From contig DIDS01000019.1 of the NCBI GenBank assembly GCA_002418265.1, forward strand, positions 3,848 to 67,847: 64,000 nt of DNA, read 5' to 3'. A program made the position numbers and the translations under genes. Numbering within the stretch: position 1 is the stretch's first letter; each line of letters starts with the position of its first letter. This stretch comes from Acidimicrobiia bacterium UBA5794 (GTDB lineage: Bacteria > Actinomycetota > Acidimicrobiia > Spongiisociales > UBA5794). Under the pieces are notes generated by a model. It did not search any database. It was given only the letters and a program-made list of their open reading frames with translations, and had not been told where the DNA came from. Below, one piece after another: positions 18,673 through 29,845 of the stretch.

Positions 18673-19914
18673 ATGTCGCCACGCAAAGCCGATCAAACGC
18701 CGGACGGGGAACCGTCCATCAGAATCGACGAGCCCTCAGTCGACACGCCTTCGGGCATGGCGTGGCAGCCATTTGTCGTGGGTGCAATGCTTGGTGCAGG
18801 GCTTGCGGCGGTGCTTCTCGGCACATGGACCAGCACACCACCGGTCGATTCAGCGGCTTCCTCAACCACTTCCACAATCAAGAGCACAACGCTGACATCT
18901 GTTGCACCCGGCAATACCCCGGTCAGTATTCCGTCTCCGCCGGTGTTTTCGGAAGACCAGATGGGGGGTGCGTTGCTGGCGGTGACGGGGAGTTGGACCC
19001 ACCCGGTTCTTGAACGTTGGACTCCGGGACTTGATGAGGTCCTTGGTCCATTGCCCTACGGCAGCGGTGGGGACTTCCGCTCAGACGCAAGCGGTCAATT
19101 CTTCGCCTTCCGGGCACCCGCATCAGATGTGTCGGTTGCCACCCTGTTTGTGGGCCAAGAGGACCGGTACGTTGCATTCTCTGTAAGTGCTTCATCGTGG
19201 GCCTGGCACGCAACTGAGCCTGGCTCCATCGCTTGGGTGCAAGACACAGGGACCGACCGCACGGTCATGGCATCGCACGCGCAGATTGCCCAAATCGATG
19301 ACGTCAGCAGCTCCGGGATTGCCGACACAGAGGTGCTTGGAACGGTGCAGGACGGGGAGTGGCTCGTTGCCTTTGATGAGTGGGGAATCGCGACAGCGAG
19401 CGTTGACCCCGACACAGATGCACGGAGTGTCCGCCGTATCGGTCGCGATGGGAGCACCTCGGCCGAGACGAATGGGATGTTCCCGTTGGCTTTCTCAAGC
19501 AGCGGGATTGGTGTGGTCACCATTTCCGGCGACACGTCAGCGACCTTCAACCCCATGCTCGTAGACCGGACATTTCATATTCTCACAGACCTCGGTGAAC
19601 ATGACGGTGGGGCCATCGACGCTGCATGGTCGCCAAACGGCAACGAGGTTGCCCTCGTTGACTACCGCAACGACGGTGATCTCGACTTCCATCTTGAGCT
19701 CTGGAGCGTGACCGGTAAGAAGAAACTTGATATCCCACTGGAACTCCGCGCCTATGGAGTGACATGGACAGCGGATGGAGCCTTCGTTGTGCTTCAGGCA
19801 ACCGACAATGCCCGATGGGGTGGGCTCCTGATGGTCGATCGAGAGACAGGCGACATATCCCGATTCACGGTTGATCGTGGAACCTTCATCGCCGTCGCTG
19901 CCAGCACCTCCTGA
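18673..19914 (+). CDS. Membrane-anchored extracytoplasmic protein, probable beta-propeller (TolB/WD40-like)
   Basis: N-terminal TM, Ser/Thr/Pro linker and blade-like motifs AWSPNGNEVA and TWTADGAFV. Confidence 0.7.
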   Translation: MSPRKADQTPDGEPSIRIDEPSVDTPSGMAWQPFVVGAMLGAGLAAVLLGTWTSTPPVDSAASSTTSTIKSTTLTSVAPGNTPVSIPSPPVFSEDQMGGALLAVTGSWTHPVLERWTPGLDEVLGPLPYGSGGDFRSDASGQFFAFRAPASDVSVATLFVGQEDRYVAFSVSASSWAWHATEPGSIAWVQDTGTDRTVMASHAQIAQIDDVSSSGIADTEVLGTVQDGEWLVAFDEWGIATASVDPDTDARSVRRIGRDGSTSAETNGMFPLAFSSSGIGVVTISGDTSATFNPMLVDRTFHILTDLGEHDGGAIDAAWSPNGNEVALVDYRNDGDLDFHLELWSVTGKKKLDIPLELRAYGVTWTADGAFVVLQATDNARWGGLLMVDRETGDISRFTVDRGTFIAVAASTS

Positions 19915-19945
19915 GATCGTCACGAGAGCACGCCCCATTGCGTGT

Positions 19946-20665
19946 TCAGTTCGACGATTCCTTGATGAGGCGGCCGATGTGTTTCGTGGCTTCGCGATAG
20001 CTCAAGCCACTGAGCTGTACCCGGTGTTCAGCAACGAAGTCGGCGACTGCATTCGGATCCGTTTTGGCGTATTCACGCAGCGCCCATCCAATGGCTTTGC
20101 GGATGAAGAACTCCGTTTCATGCATCCGCTTTGTGCAGTAGCTGAACACACGATCGGCATCGGTGCGCTCTTTTGCACCAACCTGACAGATGATTGCGGT
20201 GCGGCGAAGCCACATATCGTCGTCATCGATCCACCCATCCACAACCGGCCACACCTCGTGTGGGTAATCAAGGACCAGGGGACGAATCATGTGGATGGCG
20301 GCCTCATCGACAAAGTCCCACCATGCGCCCTCAACGATGAATCGACGGTAGAGAGGGAGCGATTCGGGAACGATGAATCGCTCGAACGTCGTCGCGAAGC
20401 CTTGGGCGAGGTACTTCTCTTCCCGATGATCCAGTTCCCAAAGGGCCACAACCAGCCCCTCGTATTCATCTCGATCAGAGGGTGCGAAGTTCTTCTTGAG
20501 TTGCCGCATGATCTCGACACGACCAGGCTTCTGCACGCCATAGAACGGCATGTCGGTCTTCATGTACGCCTGCATGCCCTCTGCCTTCTCCGGGTTTGCC
20601 CTCGCAGCGAGCTCCTCCTGCACATAGACGGTCAGGCCGACGCTTGCATTCTGAGGGGGGCTCAC
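19946..20665 (-). CDS. DNA alkylation repair protein (AlkD-like)
   Basis: AYMKTDMPFYGV, WWDFVD and EFFIRKAIGWALREY. Confidence 0.92.
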   Translation of the reverse strand: MSPPQNASVGLTVYVQEELAARANPEKAEGMQAYMKTDMPFYGVQKPGRVEIMRQLKKNFAPSDRDEYEGLVVALWELDHREEKYLAQGFATTFERFIVPESLPLYRRFIVEGAWWDFVDEAAIHMIRPLVLDYPHEVWPVVDGWIDDDDMWLRRTAIICQVGAKERTDADRVFSYCTKRMHETEFFIRKAIGWALREYAKTDPNAVADFVAEHRVQLSGLSYREATKHIGRLIKESSN

Positions 20666-21063
20666 TGGCTGGATCCTGCCAGCTTCCTGCGGACCTCGTC
20701 GGGAATTGGCACCCGCGTGAACTCGTTCGGATCAACGAAAACGATGATCTCACGCCCCGATGCGACCACCGTGCCGTCCGAAAGTCGGGTCGTGACGAAG
20801 GAAAGCGTCATCGATGTCGTTCCCATGGACTCCACGGAAACGGTGGTTTCGATGACATCCCCGAGCTTTGCGGAAGCTTTGAAGTCGATCTCCATCCGCA
20901 CAGCCACGACATCGACTCCAATCCCACCGAGCTCTTCACCTCCGTATCCGGCCTCCTCGATCCAGTCGGTCATCGCATCGTCCCAGTATCTGGCGTAGTT
21001 GCCGTTGAAGACAATCGCCTGAGGATCACAATCGGAGTATCTGATTTTCTGCGTTGTTGCCAT
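20662..21063 (-). CDS. Acyl-CoA thioesterase (4HBT/YbgC hot-dog fold)
   Basis: IRYSDCDPQAIVFNGNYARY motif. Confidence 0.9.
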   Translation of the reverse strand: MATTQKIRYSDCDPQAIVFNGNYARYWDDAMTDWIEEAGYGGEELGGIGVDVVAVRMEIDFKASAKLGDVIETTVSVESMGTTSMTLSFVTTRLSDGTVVASGREIIVFVDPNEFTRVPIPDEVRRKLAGSSQ

Positions 21064-21065
21064 GT

Positions 21066-21653
21066 CTACTCCACAGAACCGTAGAAGACGGTGTCACCGA
21101 CAGCAATGCCGATGCCTTTGGGTGTGTGGTCGGCTGCCACGATGAAGCCGCGTCGTCCTTCGTGAAGATCCATGAGAGGTGCTTCGACCTCGGCGAGGAG
21201 AGCAACGGCGTCGAGGCCGAGCATGAAGCTTGTGAACTCCACACACGGTGCCGCGATCCTGGGACGTTCCAACGCGACACGTTCTCCTTCTGCCGTTTCG
21301 ATCACCAGTCCCTCCCCGAGATTGTCCAGACACAGCGGCGGGCCGTCGATGAGGATGTTCTCACCAGCGATTCCATCGGGTGCACTCCCAAACCGTTCGG
21401 CCATCAACGCATAGTGACCAGTGAAGCCGATCGACAGTGGACGCCGACCGCCGCCACGGGAGGCAGGATGGGCCTTGTGGTGGGCATCGATGACCCACGT
21501 GTCGTCATGCCTCCCGACCATGCCCCACGCATCGACCGAGGCTTGCGATACGGAGAGAATGCCCTGGGGCATGTAGCCGACTCCCTTGGCCTTGATCGGG
21601 TACTTCTGTATCTGGAGCCGCACGATCGTGCCGATGGGTTCACCCTTGTCCAT
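21066..21653 (-). CDS. MOSC-like domain protein
   Basis: AGENILIDG, PCVEF and GIAVGDTV motifs. Confidence 0.7.
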   Translation of the reverse strand: MDKGEPIGTIVRLQIQKYPIKAKGVGYMPQGILSVSQASVDAWGMVGRHDDTWVIDAHHKAHPASRGGGRRPLSIGFTGHYALMAERFGSAPDGIAGENILIDGPPLCLDNLGEGLVIETAEGERVALERPRIAAPCVEFTSFMLGLDAVALLAEVEAPLMDLHEGRRGFIVAADHTPKGIGIAVGDTVFYGSVE

Positions 21654-22437
21654 CGTGGATCTCGTTGACAACGTCGTTGAGGATGTCTGGCCGGTCGGTC
21701 ACGATGCCGTCGACGCCCATCTCCAGGAACCGCCGCATGTCCAAGGGATCGTCGACGGTCCACAGGTGAATGTGTGCCCCAACATCGTGGATCGCGTCGA
21801 TCAGCTTCTGATCGATCTTCACCCCCTTCATCTCGTATGGGAGTTGGTAGGCGTCGGCGTTGCGCCTGACGGAACGCCCAACTCGGGAGGCGGCGTACAT
21901 GGCGGTGGCGGTTGTTGAACCTGCTGATGTTGCGACGCGACCCTTCGTGATCCTACGGAACCGAGCGGTTCTGGCGTCGATGAACCCACCGATCAGGACC
22001 GCGTCCTGCTTCCGTTTCCGCACTACAACGTCCGCAACGGCCCATTCGGCGTTCTTGGCCTTCAGATCGATGTTGAAGTTGACGTCGTCGAAGGTGTCGA
22101 ATGTGTCGTCAAGTCGCGAGATGCCGATGCCCGTGCCCCGCAGAGGGAAAGACTCTCCGTCCGGTGAGAAGTTGTATGCAGCGTCGAGGCGCTTGAGGTC
22201 GGCCCAATCCCAGTCGACGACCCGACCAACCCCGTTGGTTGTCCGTTCGAGCGATTCGTCGTGAAACACCACAACCACGCCGTCGCGGGTGACCCTGATA
22301 TCGGTCTCGATGTAGCGGTAGCCGAGGTCGACCGCCCCCTGGAACGCATGATGCGTGTTTTCGGGCCACAAGATCCTGCTCCCGCGATGGGCCATCCGAA
22401 TGGGTTGCTCACGGCTGAGATAAGGACGAACAGACAT
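21640..22437 (-). CDS. Glycerophosphodiester phosphodiesterase
   Basis: AHRGS, PENT, IETD, FHD, WTVDD and GVDGIVTDRPD. Confidence 0.93.
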   Translation of the reverse strand: MSVRPYLSREQPIRMAHRGSRILWPENTHHAFQGAVDLGYRYIETDIRVTRDGVVVVFHDESLERTTNGVGRVVDWDWADLKRLDAAYNFSPDGESFPLRGTGIGISRLDDTFDTFDDVNFNIDLKAKNAEWAVADVVVRKRKQDAVLIGGFIDARTARFRRITKGRVATSAGSTTATAMYAASRVGRSVRRNADAYQLPYEMKGVKIDQKLIDAIHDVGAHIHLWTVDDPLDMRRFLEMGVDGIVTDRPDILNDVVNEIHDGQG

Positions 22438-22524
22438 GGTTGCGAGGCTACCGGGTTCACGCGTACCCAGGGTAAGAACCGACCGTCACGGTGGGCTAGA
22501 GCCCACAGAACGAGCTCAAGCGGC

Positions 22525-23730
22525 TCAGACCGGGATACCGCGCTTGATGACCCGCCGAACGAGGTCACCGTCTGGCCGGTACACGAGATGTTCGTATGAC
22601 GGGGTATCGAGCATCACCAGATCACCAAGCCTGCCCTCGGCGATTACACCGCGGTCGTCGAGCCCCAGCGCTGCGGCTCCTCCCGCAGTCGCAGACCAGA
22701 GCGCCTCCTGGGGTGTGAAGCCAGAGGTCGTGGCAGCAAGCGCGATGATGAACGGCATGGTCTCGACATAGCTCGTTCCCGGGTTGCAGTCGGTCGCGAT
22801 TGCAACCGTGACACCTGCATCAAGGAACCGTCGACCGTCTGGTGGCGGTTCCTGCATGGTCAGCGACACGCCCGGCAACAGCACTGCAACGGTTCCGGCC
22901 GAGGCAAGCAATGCGAGGTCGGCATCGGTTGCATGATCAAGATGGTCGGCCGCGACCGCACCAACGGATGCAGCAAGTGCCGCTCCACCTGAACGTGAAA
23001 GCTGATCAACGTGGAGTCTGACATCGAGCCCGACACGTTTCCCTGCCTCAACGATCCGTTCCGTCTCTGCAAGGGAGAAGGCAACGTCATCGCAGAACAC
23101 ATCGATGAAGTCGACTCGCTTGGACACGGCGTCCAACATTTCACCAGTCACAAGCTCCACGTAGGCAGAGCGGTTGTCGCGGAACTCGGGGGCGACGACG
23201 TGTGCTCCAAGGTAGGTTCGGATGACGTCGATGGGAAGGCTTGCGTCGATCGCATCGATCGCATCAAGCATCTTGAGTTCGGTTTCCGTGTCGAGCCCGT
23301 AGCCTGTTTTGATCTCCACGGTCGTCGTACCACTCGCAAGCATCCGCACGGCCCGTTCTCGGCTGGCAAGCACAAGTTCGGCCAGGTTTACGTCTCTCGT
23401 TGCGCTCACAGTCGAATAAATACCGCCCCCCGCGTCCTGGATCTCCTCGTAGGTCGCCCCTCCCAGACGCATGGCATGTTCATGGGCGCGATCGCCTGCG
23501 AACACGACATGGGTGTGTGCGTCGACGAATCCCGGGACGACGGCAACACCTCTGGCATCGATCATCGGCAAGGACGCAAGGTTCGACGGGACCGCATCAG
23601 TCGAACCGACCCATGCGATGACACCGCCACGGATGCCGACGGCAGCATCGGTGATGATGCCGAGAAGGTCATCGTCGCGACCGTCGTTCGTGACGAGCTG
23701 GCCAATGTTCGTTATCAGCAGGTCGGACAT
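22525..23730 (-). CDS. hutI: Imidazolonepropionase
   Basis: PGFVDAHTH, GTTTVEIKTGYGL and ATDCNPGTS. Confidence 0.96.
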   Translation of the reverse strand: MSDLLITNIGQLVTNDGRDDDLLGIITDAAVGIRGGVIAWVGSTDAVPSNLASLPMIDARGVAVVPGFVDAHTHVVFAGDRAHEHAMRLGGATYEEIQDAGGGIYSTVSATRDVNLAELVLASRERAVRMLASGTTTVEIKTGYGLDTETELKMLDAIDAIDASLPIDVIRTYLGAHVVAPEFRDNRSAYVELVTGEMLDAVSKRVDFIDVFCDDVAFSLAETERIVEAGKRVGLDVRLHVDQLSRSGGAALAASVGAVAADHLDHATDADLALLASAGTVAVLLPGVSLTMQEPPPDGRRFLDAGVTVAIATDCNPGTSYVETMPFIIALAATTSGFTPQEALWSATAGGAAALGLDDRGVIAEGRLGDLVMLDTPSYEHLVYRPDGDLVRRVIKRGIPV

Positions 23731-23737
23731 CGTCGGG

Positions 23738-25426
23738 TCACGCGTCGAGCATCGGGATGCGGACGCCGCGTTCGCGTGCGACCTCGATCGCGCGTTCGTA
23801 GCCAGCATCGGCGTGACGGATCACGCCCATGCCGGGATCGTTCGTGAGGACTCGTTCGATCCGAAGGGCAGCCTCGTCGGTGCCGTCCGCAACGACCTGG
23901 GCACCTGCGTGGATCGACTTGCCCATGCCGACTCCCCCGCCATGATGGACCGCCACCCATGCGGCGCCCGAGGCAGTGTTGATCAGGGCGTTGAGGATCG
24001 GCCAGTCAGCAACGGCATCGGAACCATCAAGCATCGCCTCGGTCTCGCGGTACGGCGATGCAACGGAACCAGAGTCGAGATGGTCACGGCCGATCACGAT
24101 CGGTGCGGAGACCTTGCCTGTCCGCACGAGATCGTTGAAGGCGAGTCCGGCCCGATGACGTTCGCCATATCCGAGCCAGCAGATACGGGCAGGCAGGCCC
24201 TGGAACTCGACCTGGTCTTCAGCCATGTCGAGCCAATTGAGCAGCGGGACGTTGTCCGGGAAGAGTGCACGGAGAGCGTCGTCCGTTGCCTTGATGTCGG
24301 CGGGGTCACCCGACAGTGCAATCCACCGAAACGGTCCGAGCCCCTCACAGAACAGATCTCGAATGTAGGCAGGGACGAACCCGGGATAGGAGAAGGCGTC
24401 GGTGTACCCGCCCTCCAGCGCCTCTCCTCGCAGGTTGTTCCCGTAGTCGAAGACCTCAGCGCCTGCTTCCTGCCAGCCGACCATCGCCCGACAGTGGGCG
24501 GCCATCGACGCCCTTGCCCTCTCGACATATTCCCGGGGCTCCTCAGCCCTCAGCGCGTCAGCTTCCGACAGCGTCATCCCGACAGGGACATAGCCGTTGA
24601 GTGGGTCGTGGGCCGACGTCTGGTCAGTCACGATGTCGATGTCCACACCGCGGTCGAGCAGATCCTGAAACACCTCGGCAGCGTTTCCCACAACAGCGAT
24701 CGACACGGCCTCACCGTTCGCTTTGGCCTCAAGAGCCCGCTCAACCGCAGCGTCGAGATTCGGCGCGAGTTCGTCAACGTACCTTGTGTCGAGCCGTTTC
24801 TGGATTCGGTCGGGATCGATTTCGACGGCGAGACAGACACCTTCGTTCATGGTCACCGCAAGCGGCTGGGCACCCCCCATGCCACCGAGACCGGCGGTCA
24901 GGGTCAGCGTGCCTTTGAGTGTTCCACCAAACCGCATTTGGGCGATCGCGACGAATGTTTGATAGGTGCCCTGGAGGATTCCCTGCGTTCCGATGTAGAT
25001 CCATGAGCCTGCGGTCATTTGGCCGTACATCATCAGGCCCGCATCTTCGAGGTCCCAGAACGTCTGCCAGTTCGCCCAATCTGGCACAAGATTCGAGTTT
25101 GCCAGAAGCACCCGCGGTGCCATCTTGTGGGTGCGGAATCGCCCAACGGGTTTGCCTGACTGGATCAGGAGTGTTTCGTCGGATTCGAGATCGGTCAGGC
25201 TCTGGACGATCGCATCAAACGACTCCCAGTTGCGTGCTGCTTTCCCCCGGCCCCCGTAGACAACAAGATCGAGCGGGATCTCGGCGACCTGCGGATCAAG
25301 GTTGTTGAGAAAGCACCGCAACGCCGCCTCCTGGAGCCACCCCTTGGTATTCAACCCGGTACCGGTTGGGGCCTTCACCGTTCGCGGCCCGGTTCCGTAT
25401 GCGAATGCGGCGGTGTCGTCGGTCAT
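23738..25426 (-). CDS. hutU: Urocanate hydratase
   Basis: [29 protein letters not shown] and [13 protein letters not shown]. Confidence 0.98.
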   Translation of the reverse strand: MTDDTAAFAYGTGPRTVKAPTGTGLNTKGWLQEAALRCFLNNLDPQVAEIPLDLVVYGGRGKAARNWESFDAIVQSLTDLESDETLLIQSGKPVGRFRTHKMAPRVLLANSNLVPDWANWQTFWDLEDAGLMMYGQMTAGSWIYIGTQGILQGTYQTFVAIAQMRFGGTLKGTLTLTAGLGGMGGAQPLAVTMNEGVCLAVEIDPDRIQKRLDTRYVDELAPNLDAAVERALEAKANGEAVSIAVVGNAAEVFQDLLDRGVDIDIVTDQTSAHDPLNGYVPVGMTLSEADALRAEEPREYVERARASMAAHCRAMVGWQEAGAEVFDYGNNLRGEALEGGYTDAFSYPGFVPAYIRDLFCEGLGPFRWIALSGDPADIKATDDALRALFPDNVPLLNWLDMAEDQVEFQGLPARICWLGYGERHRAGLAFNDLVRTGKVSAPIVIGRDHLDSGSVASPYRETEAMLDGSDAVADWPILNALINTASGAAWVAVHHGGGVGMGKSIHAGAQVVADGTDEAALRIERVLTNDPGMGVIRHADAGYERAIEVARERGVRIPMLDA

Positions 25427-25427
25427 G

Positions 25428-26945
25428 TCACGCTCCGAACTCGATGCGGCTGAATGCCCCCGATTCAATCAGGTCAGCGATCGCCGTCATGTCCACCCCG
25501 GGTGGACGGTCTTCGACAAGTGGTTCGCACACGGATCGAACCAGATCCTTGACCGCTGACGTTCCGGGGGCGAGGGGGGCGTCCCTCTGCTCGGCGCCTT
25601 GGGCTGCACACATGAGTTCGACGGCGACCACCCGGCCGGTGTTGGTCAACACCGTATCGAGTTTGGTTGCGGCCCCCCATCCCATCGACACGTGGTCCTC
25701 CTGGAGCCCCGACGTCGGAATGGATTCAACCGATGCCGGGTGGGCAAGCACCTTGTTCTCGGCCACGATGGCAGCAGCGGTGTACTGCGTGATCATGTAT
25801 CCGCTCGACACCCCTGGTTCCGTCGCGAGGAACGCTGTGAGTCCACTTGAGCGGTCAGGATCAAGGAGTCGATCGGTTCGTCGCTCAGAGATGGATCCAA
25901 GCTCGGTGACGGCAATCGCGAGAAAGTCAAGCGCAAAGGCGAGTGGCTGTCCATGGAAGTTGCCTGCCGAGATGACGTCACGATCCTCGGCAAAGACAAT
26001 CGGATTGTCGACGACTGAACCAAGCTCAGTCGCAAACACGGTCTCGGCATAGGAAATGACGTCTCGGACCGCGCCGTGGACCTGAGGCGCGCACCTGAGG
26101 CTGTATGCATCCTGGACCTTGTGGGTGAAATCGTCGTGGTGCATCTTTGAGATCTCGGACCCTTCGAGCAGTTGCCGGATCCTCCTCGCAGACTCGACCT
26201 GTCCCGTGTGTGGTCGCAGAGCATGGATCCGCTCTTCGAACGGCCTCGTCGATCCCATCAGGGCTTCGACGCTGAGGGCACACGCTGCATCGTCAGCGTC
26301 GACGAGTTGTCGCGCCCTGTGGACCGCGATGCATCCTTGGGCAAGCATCCCTTCTGTTCCGTTCAGGAGCGACAGCCCCTCCTTCGGCCCGAGTTCCAAA
26401 GGTTCGATGCCAGCGGCCGCAAGAACAGAGGCGGACGCGACCGGTCCCTCATCGGAAAGCACGAAACCCTCTCCGATGAGGGGAAGAGCGAGATGGGCAA
26501 ACGGTGCCAGGTCGCCAGAGGCCCCAACGGATCCCTGTGCTGGCACGGCTGGGAGGATGTCGTTGGTCAGAAGCTCAATCAATTTTCTGACGACAACCGG
26601 TCGGACACCCGAATACCCCTGCGCGAGGGTTCTGGCGCGACACAACAGCATGGCACGGACAACCTCGGGAGACATCAGGTCACCAACGCCCGCGGCGTGA
26701 CTTCGAAGCAGACCGTATTGAAGGTCAGTCGCTCGTTCGGGTGGAATGTGGGTGCTTGCCAGAGCACCAAAGCCCGTCGTGATGCCATAGACGATCTTGT
26801 TCTCGACGACAACGCGTTCGACGAGCGTCGCGGCGGGTTCCATGCGGGCATCAAGGCTGTCGCCCACGACGACCTCAGCCTTGCCATACGCGACAGCGAC
26901 CACCTCGTCGATCCTGAGTGGTGACCCATCAACAACGACCTTCAC
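25428..26945 (-). CDS. hutH: Histidine ammonia-lyase
   Basis: [19 protein letters not shown] (MIO cofactor), QDAYSLRC and QEDHVSMG. Confidence 0.97.
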   Translation of the reverse strand: MKVVVDGSPLRIDEVVAVAYGKAEVVVGDSLDARMEPAATLVERVVVENKIVYGITTGFGALASTHIPPERATDLQYGLLRSHAAGVGDLMSPEVVRAMLLCRARTLAQGYSGVRPVVVRKLIELLTNDILPAVPAQGSVGASGDLAPFAHLALPLIGEGFVLSDEGPVASASVLAAAGIEPLELGPKEGLSLLNGTEGMLAQGCIAVHRARQLVDADDAACALSVEALMGSTRPFEERIHALRPHTGQVESARRIRQLLEGSEISKMHHDDFTHKVQDAYSLRCAPQVHGAVRDVISYAETVFATELGSVVDNPIVFAEDRDVISAGNFHGQPLAFALDFLAIAVTELGSISERRTDRLLDPDRSSGLTAFLATEPGVSSGYMITQYTAAAIVAENKVLAHPASVESIPTSGLQEDHVSMGWGAATKLDTVLTNTGRVVAVELMCAAQGAEQRDAPLAPGTSAVKDLVRSVCEPLVEDRPPGVDMTAIADLIESGAFSRIEFGA

Positions 26946-27020
26946 TCAGCGTCCTTCCGTTGGATTGCTGCTCCAAACAGGCTAGGAACACCGGTGCGCG
27001 TTCGCGAGCGGACGCCAATC

Positions 27021-27056
27021 CAGACGTCAGACGTCAGAAGTCAGAAGTCAGAAGTC
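27021..27056. repeat. Heptamer tandem repeat (CAGAMGT)n overlapping the aminopeptidase stop
   Basis: CAGACGT CAGACGT CAGAAGT CAGAAGT CAGAAGT. Confidence 0.85.
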
Positions 27057-29559
27057 TTCGGATTGCGTTGCCCATGCGGTTTTCTTCACGCTTACGCAGT
27101 TCGACGTTCGCACGCAAGAGTTCGAGTTCTTGCGCGATGGCTCGGGCCCCGCCCGGAATCTCGTGATCTTCGAACCACGCCTCGATCGATGCGGCGACGT
27201 CGGGTTCGGAGCGGTGCGGAATCTGATGGATGAAACCTCGCTTGTTCGCGTGCGGCATCGTGTCGATGACGGTGTCCCAGTTCTCCTCGATGAGCTTCCA
27301 GATCATCGGTCCGTTTTCACGATGACCGATCAGAAGGGCGAGAACCCAGAACGAGTCCTGCGTCCTGATCTGTCCGTCGAGGACCATGTGGAACATGCGT
27401 TCGGCCGCTGTTGGGTCCAGCACCTGGGTCGCTGCACGAAGGTATTTGACGGTGTGCTGCGGATTTGTTGCGTTCTTCGACTTGTCGATGAGCTCGTCAA
27501 ACAGAACAACATCGCTGTTGGCTGCAACGATCATCAGCGCGGCATCGGCAACTTCCGCATCAACTGGTTCATCGGAGCGATACATCCGAGTGGCCGTGTC
27601 AATTGCGTCCCGATCTGCCCCGAGGTTCCCAAGCGTTCGGAGGAGAAGCCCCCGCATCTGACGTCGACGATCCGACTCATCGCCCCCGACGGTCCAGCCG
27701 AGCTCTTGGACCTTTCCTGAAACGACGTGGCGTACATACTGCTGCATCGCCGACCGATCATCGGTGGCGATCACACGGTCGAGAGCCGAGATGCCGGCGA
27801 GTGCGATCGACCACACGTCCACCTCGTCCTCATCCTTGAGCCCAGCGACGAGTTCGAGGTAGCTCGATGCAGGCGTATCACCCTTGACAACCGCGGCGTA
27901 AGCATCCGAGACGATCCCGTATCGTTCGATCGGGTCGAGTTCTGGCAGCCGCTCAATGATGCCGGGTAGCAGCTCTTCGCTGTAGCCGACTCGAAAAAAC
28001 CCCTCTCCACCCGCGTTTGCAATGAAGTCGTCGGCAGCCTTGAGGGTGATTGGTTTCTCACCGACAATCGTCTTTCCATGGCCGTCAGACGATGCGTACA
28101 GGACAGGGATCTGCCACGTGCCATCGCCCTCCCCGATGAGGCGAAAGTGCTCCTGGCTCAGACAGAAGTTGCCGGCTTCGCGTTCGACGATCAAGCGTGG
28201 ATAGCCACCTTGGAGAATCCACGTATCCATGATCTGGCCGACCGGCTCGTGCGAAGCCTCCTCCAGCGCTGCCCACAGGTCAGGGGTGTCGGTATTCCCA
28301 TATGCATGCTTCTTGAGGTAGGCGTTGATCCCGGTACGGAAGGTCTCTTCCCCGATGTACTGCTCAAGCATCCGGAGCACGGAGGAACCCTTCTGGTAGG
28401 TGAGCACATCAAACATGGCGTTCGCGTCCGACGGAGACTTGACCTCGAATTCGATCGGTCTCGTGGATGCCAGGGCATCGATCTCCTGGCTGATTGCGCG
28501 CATGGCAGAAAACGACAGCCAGCGATTCCATTCAGGCTTGTACGCATCGACACATTTGATCTCCGCAAAGGTCGCGAACGCCTCGTTGAGCCAGATACCG
28601 TTCCACCATTTCATCGTGACCAGATCGCCAAACCACATGTGAGCGATCTCATGGGCAATCACATCTGCCACCCTGGTGAGCTCACTTTGGGTTGCGGTCT
28701 CTGGATTCAGCAACAGCGCCGTTTCTCGATATGTGATGCAACCGAGGTTCTCCATTGCACCAAACGCAAAATCGGGGATCGCAACCATGTCGAGTTTGTC
28801 ACCCGGGTACGGAATGTCGTAGTAGTCGGAGAAGAAGCGCAGGGCATGAGCACCCATGTCAAGGGCGAAGTCCGTGAGGTGTTCGTTCCCCGGCGGAGCA
28901 ATGATTCGAAGCGGGACACCATCGACGTCAACAGGATCGGTTGCGACAAGATGACCGACAACGAATGCAACGAGGTAGGTGGACATTTTCATGGTGGTAT
29001 CGAAGCGAACCTCGACCTTGCCGGAATCGAGAACAGTTCGCCCGATCTCGGCTGCGTTGGTGACGGCAAACAGCCCTTCTTCGACGATCAGTGTCGTACG
29101 GAAGGTTGCCTTGAAATCTGGCTCGTCCCAGCACGGGAAGGCACGGCGCGCATCTGTCGCCTCGAACTGGGTGGTTGCAATCGTGTGTTCGATGCCATCG
29201 TCATCGGTGAACACCGATCGGTAGAAGCCGCGGAGGTCGTCGTTGAGGATGCCGGTGAACTCAATGAAAAGCACCGCGTTTCCCGATGAGAGTTCGCCCT
29301 CGAATATGAGCTTTGCGGTTTCGGAATCCTCATCGAGTACAACCGAGGCGCGGTGATCGGTACCTCCTTGGGATACCGTGACGGAACGCAGATCCAACTC
29401 GATCGCGTGCAGTTCGATGATCGAGGTCGGTTCGACAATGTCGAGAGCAATCCTGACCGATCCCACAAAGGATGCAGCAGCGAGATCCGGTTCGATGACT
29501 ATGTCATAGTGGCTCGGCACCACAATTCGTGGCAGGCGATACTCAGCTTCCGAAGCCAT
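27034..29559 (-). CDS. M1 family aminopeptidase (ERAP1-like C-terminal domain)
   Basis: GAMEN, HEIAHMWFGDLVT...WLNEAFA and YQKG. Confidence 0.96.
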   Translation of the reverse strand: MASEAEYRLPRIVVPSHYDIVIEPDLAAASFVGSVRIALDIVEPTSIIELHAIELDLRSVTVSQGGTDHRASVVLDEDSETAKLIFEGELSSGNAVLFIEFTGILNDDLRGFYRSVFTDDDGIEHTIATTQFEATDARRAFPCWDEPDFKATFRTTLIVEEGLFAVTNAAEIGRTVLDSGKVEVRFDTTMKMSTYLVAFVVGHLVATDPVDVDGVPLRIIAPPGNEHLTDFALDMGAHALRFFSDYYDIPYPGDKLDMVAIPDFAFGAMENLGCITYRETALLLNPETATQSELTRVADVIAHEIAHMWFGDLVTMKWWNGIWLNEAFATFAEIKCVDAYKPEWNRWLSFSAMRAISQEIDALASTRPIEFEVKSPSDANAMFDVLTYQKGSSVLRMLEQYIGEETFRTGINAYLKKHAYGNTDTPDLWAALEEASHEPVGQIMDTWILQGGYPRLIVEREAGNFCLSQEHFRLIGEGDGTWQIPVLYASSDGHGKTIVGEKPITLKAADDFIANAGGEGFFRVGYSEELLPGIIERLPELDPIERYGIVSDAYAAVVKGDTPASSYLELVAGLKDEDEVDVWSIALAGISALDRVIATDDRSAMQQYVRHVVSGKVQELGWTVGGDESDRRRQMRGLLLRTLGNLGADRDAIDTATRMYRSDEPVDAEVADAALMIVAANSDVVLFDELIDKSKNATNPQHTVKYLRAATQVLDPTAAERMFHMVLDGQIRTQDSFWVLALLIGHRENGPMIWKLIEENWDTVIDTMPHANKRGFIHQIPHRSEPDVAASIEAWFEDHEIPGGARAIAQELELLRANVELRKREENRMGNAIRRLLTSDF

Positions 29560-29641
29560 GGATTCCCCTTCAAATAACAGGCAGTTGGCCCGATGCTAAA
29601 GGTCGCCATTCCCGTATTGAGGATGTGGCTACCGTTGGATC

Positions 29642-29842
29642 ATGTGCAGATCGATTCACAGACTCAGAGACGGACAGCAGATCCACGGCCATGTCGCGAT
29701 GGAAGAAGCCGCACGTCAATACGTGCGGAAAGTGTCGGGTTTCACCGAGCCCGCAGCCCACAATCGGGATACATTCGACCGCGCCGTTGAGGAAGTCACC
29801 GCGGCCACCGAACGCCTCATGGCATCCCTGGTCGTCAGGTAG
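29642..29842 (+). CDS. DUF2277 family protein
   Basis: MCRSIHRL...AARQYVRKVSG signature. Confidence 0.85.
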   Translation: MCRSIHRLRDGQQIHGHVAMEEAARQYVRKVSGFTEPAAHNRDTFDRAVEEVTAATERLMASLVVR

Positions 29843-29845
29843 CGA

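Noticed and set aside
19871-20998. 375-aa plus-strand ORF
   Set aside because: Shadow of the AlkD-like and thioesterase genes.
23471-25006. 511-aa plus-strand ORF
   Set aside because: Antisense of hutU, typical of high-GC codon bias.
28078-29289. 403-aa plus-strand ORF
   Set aside because: Antisense of the M1 aminopeptidase.
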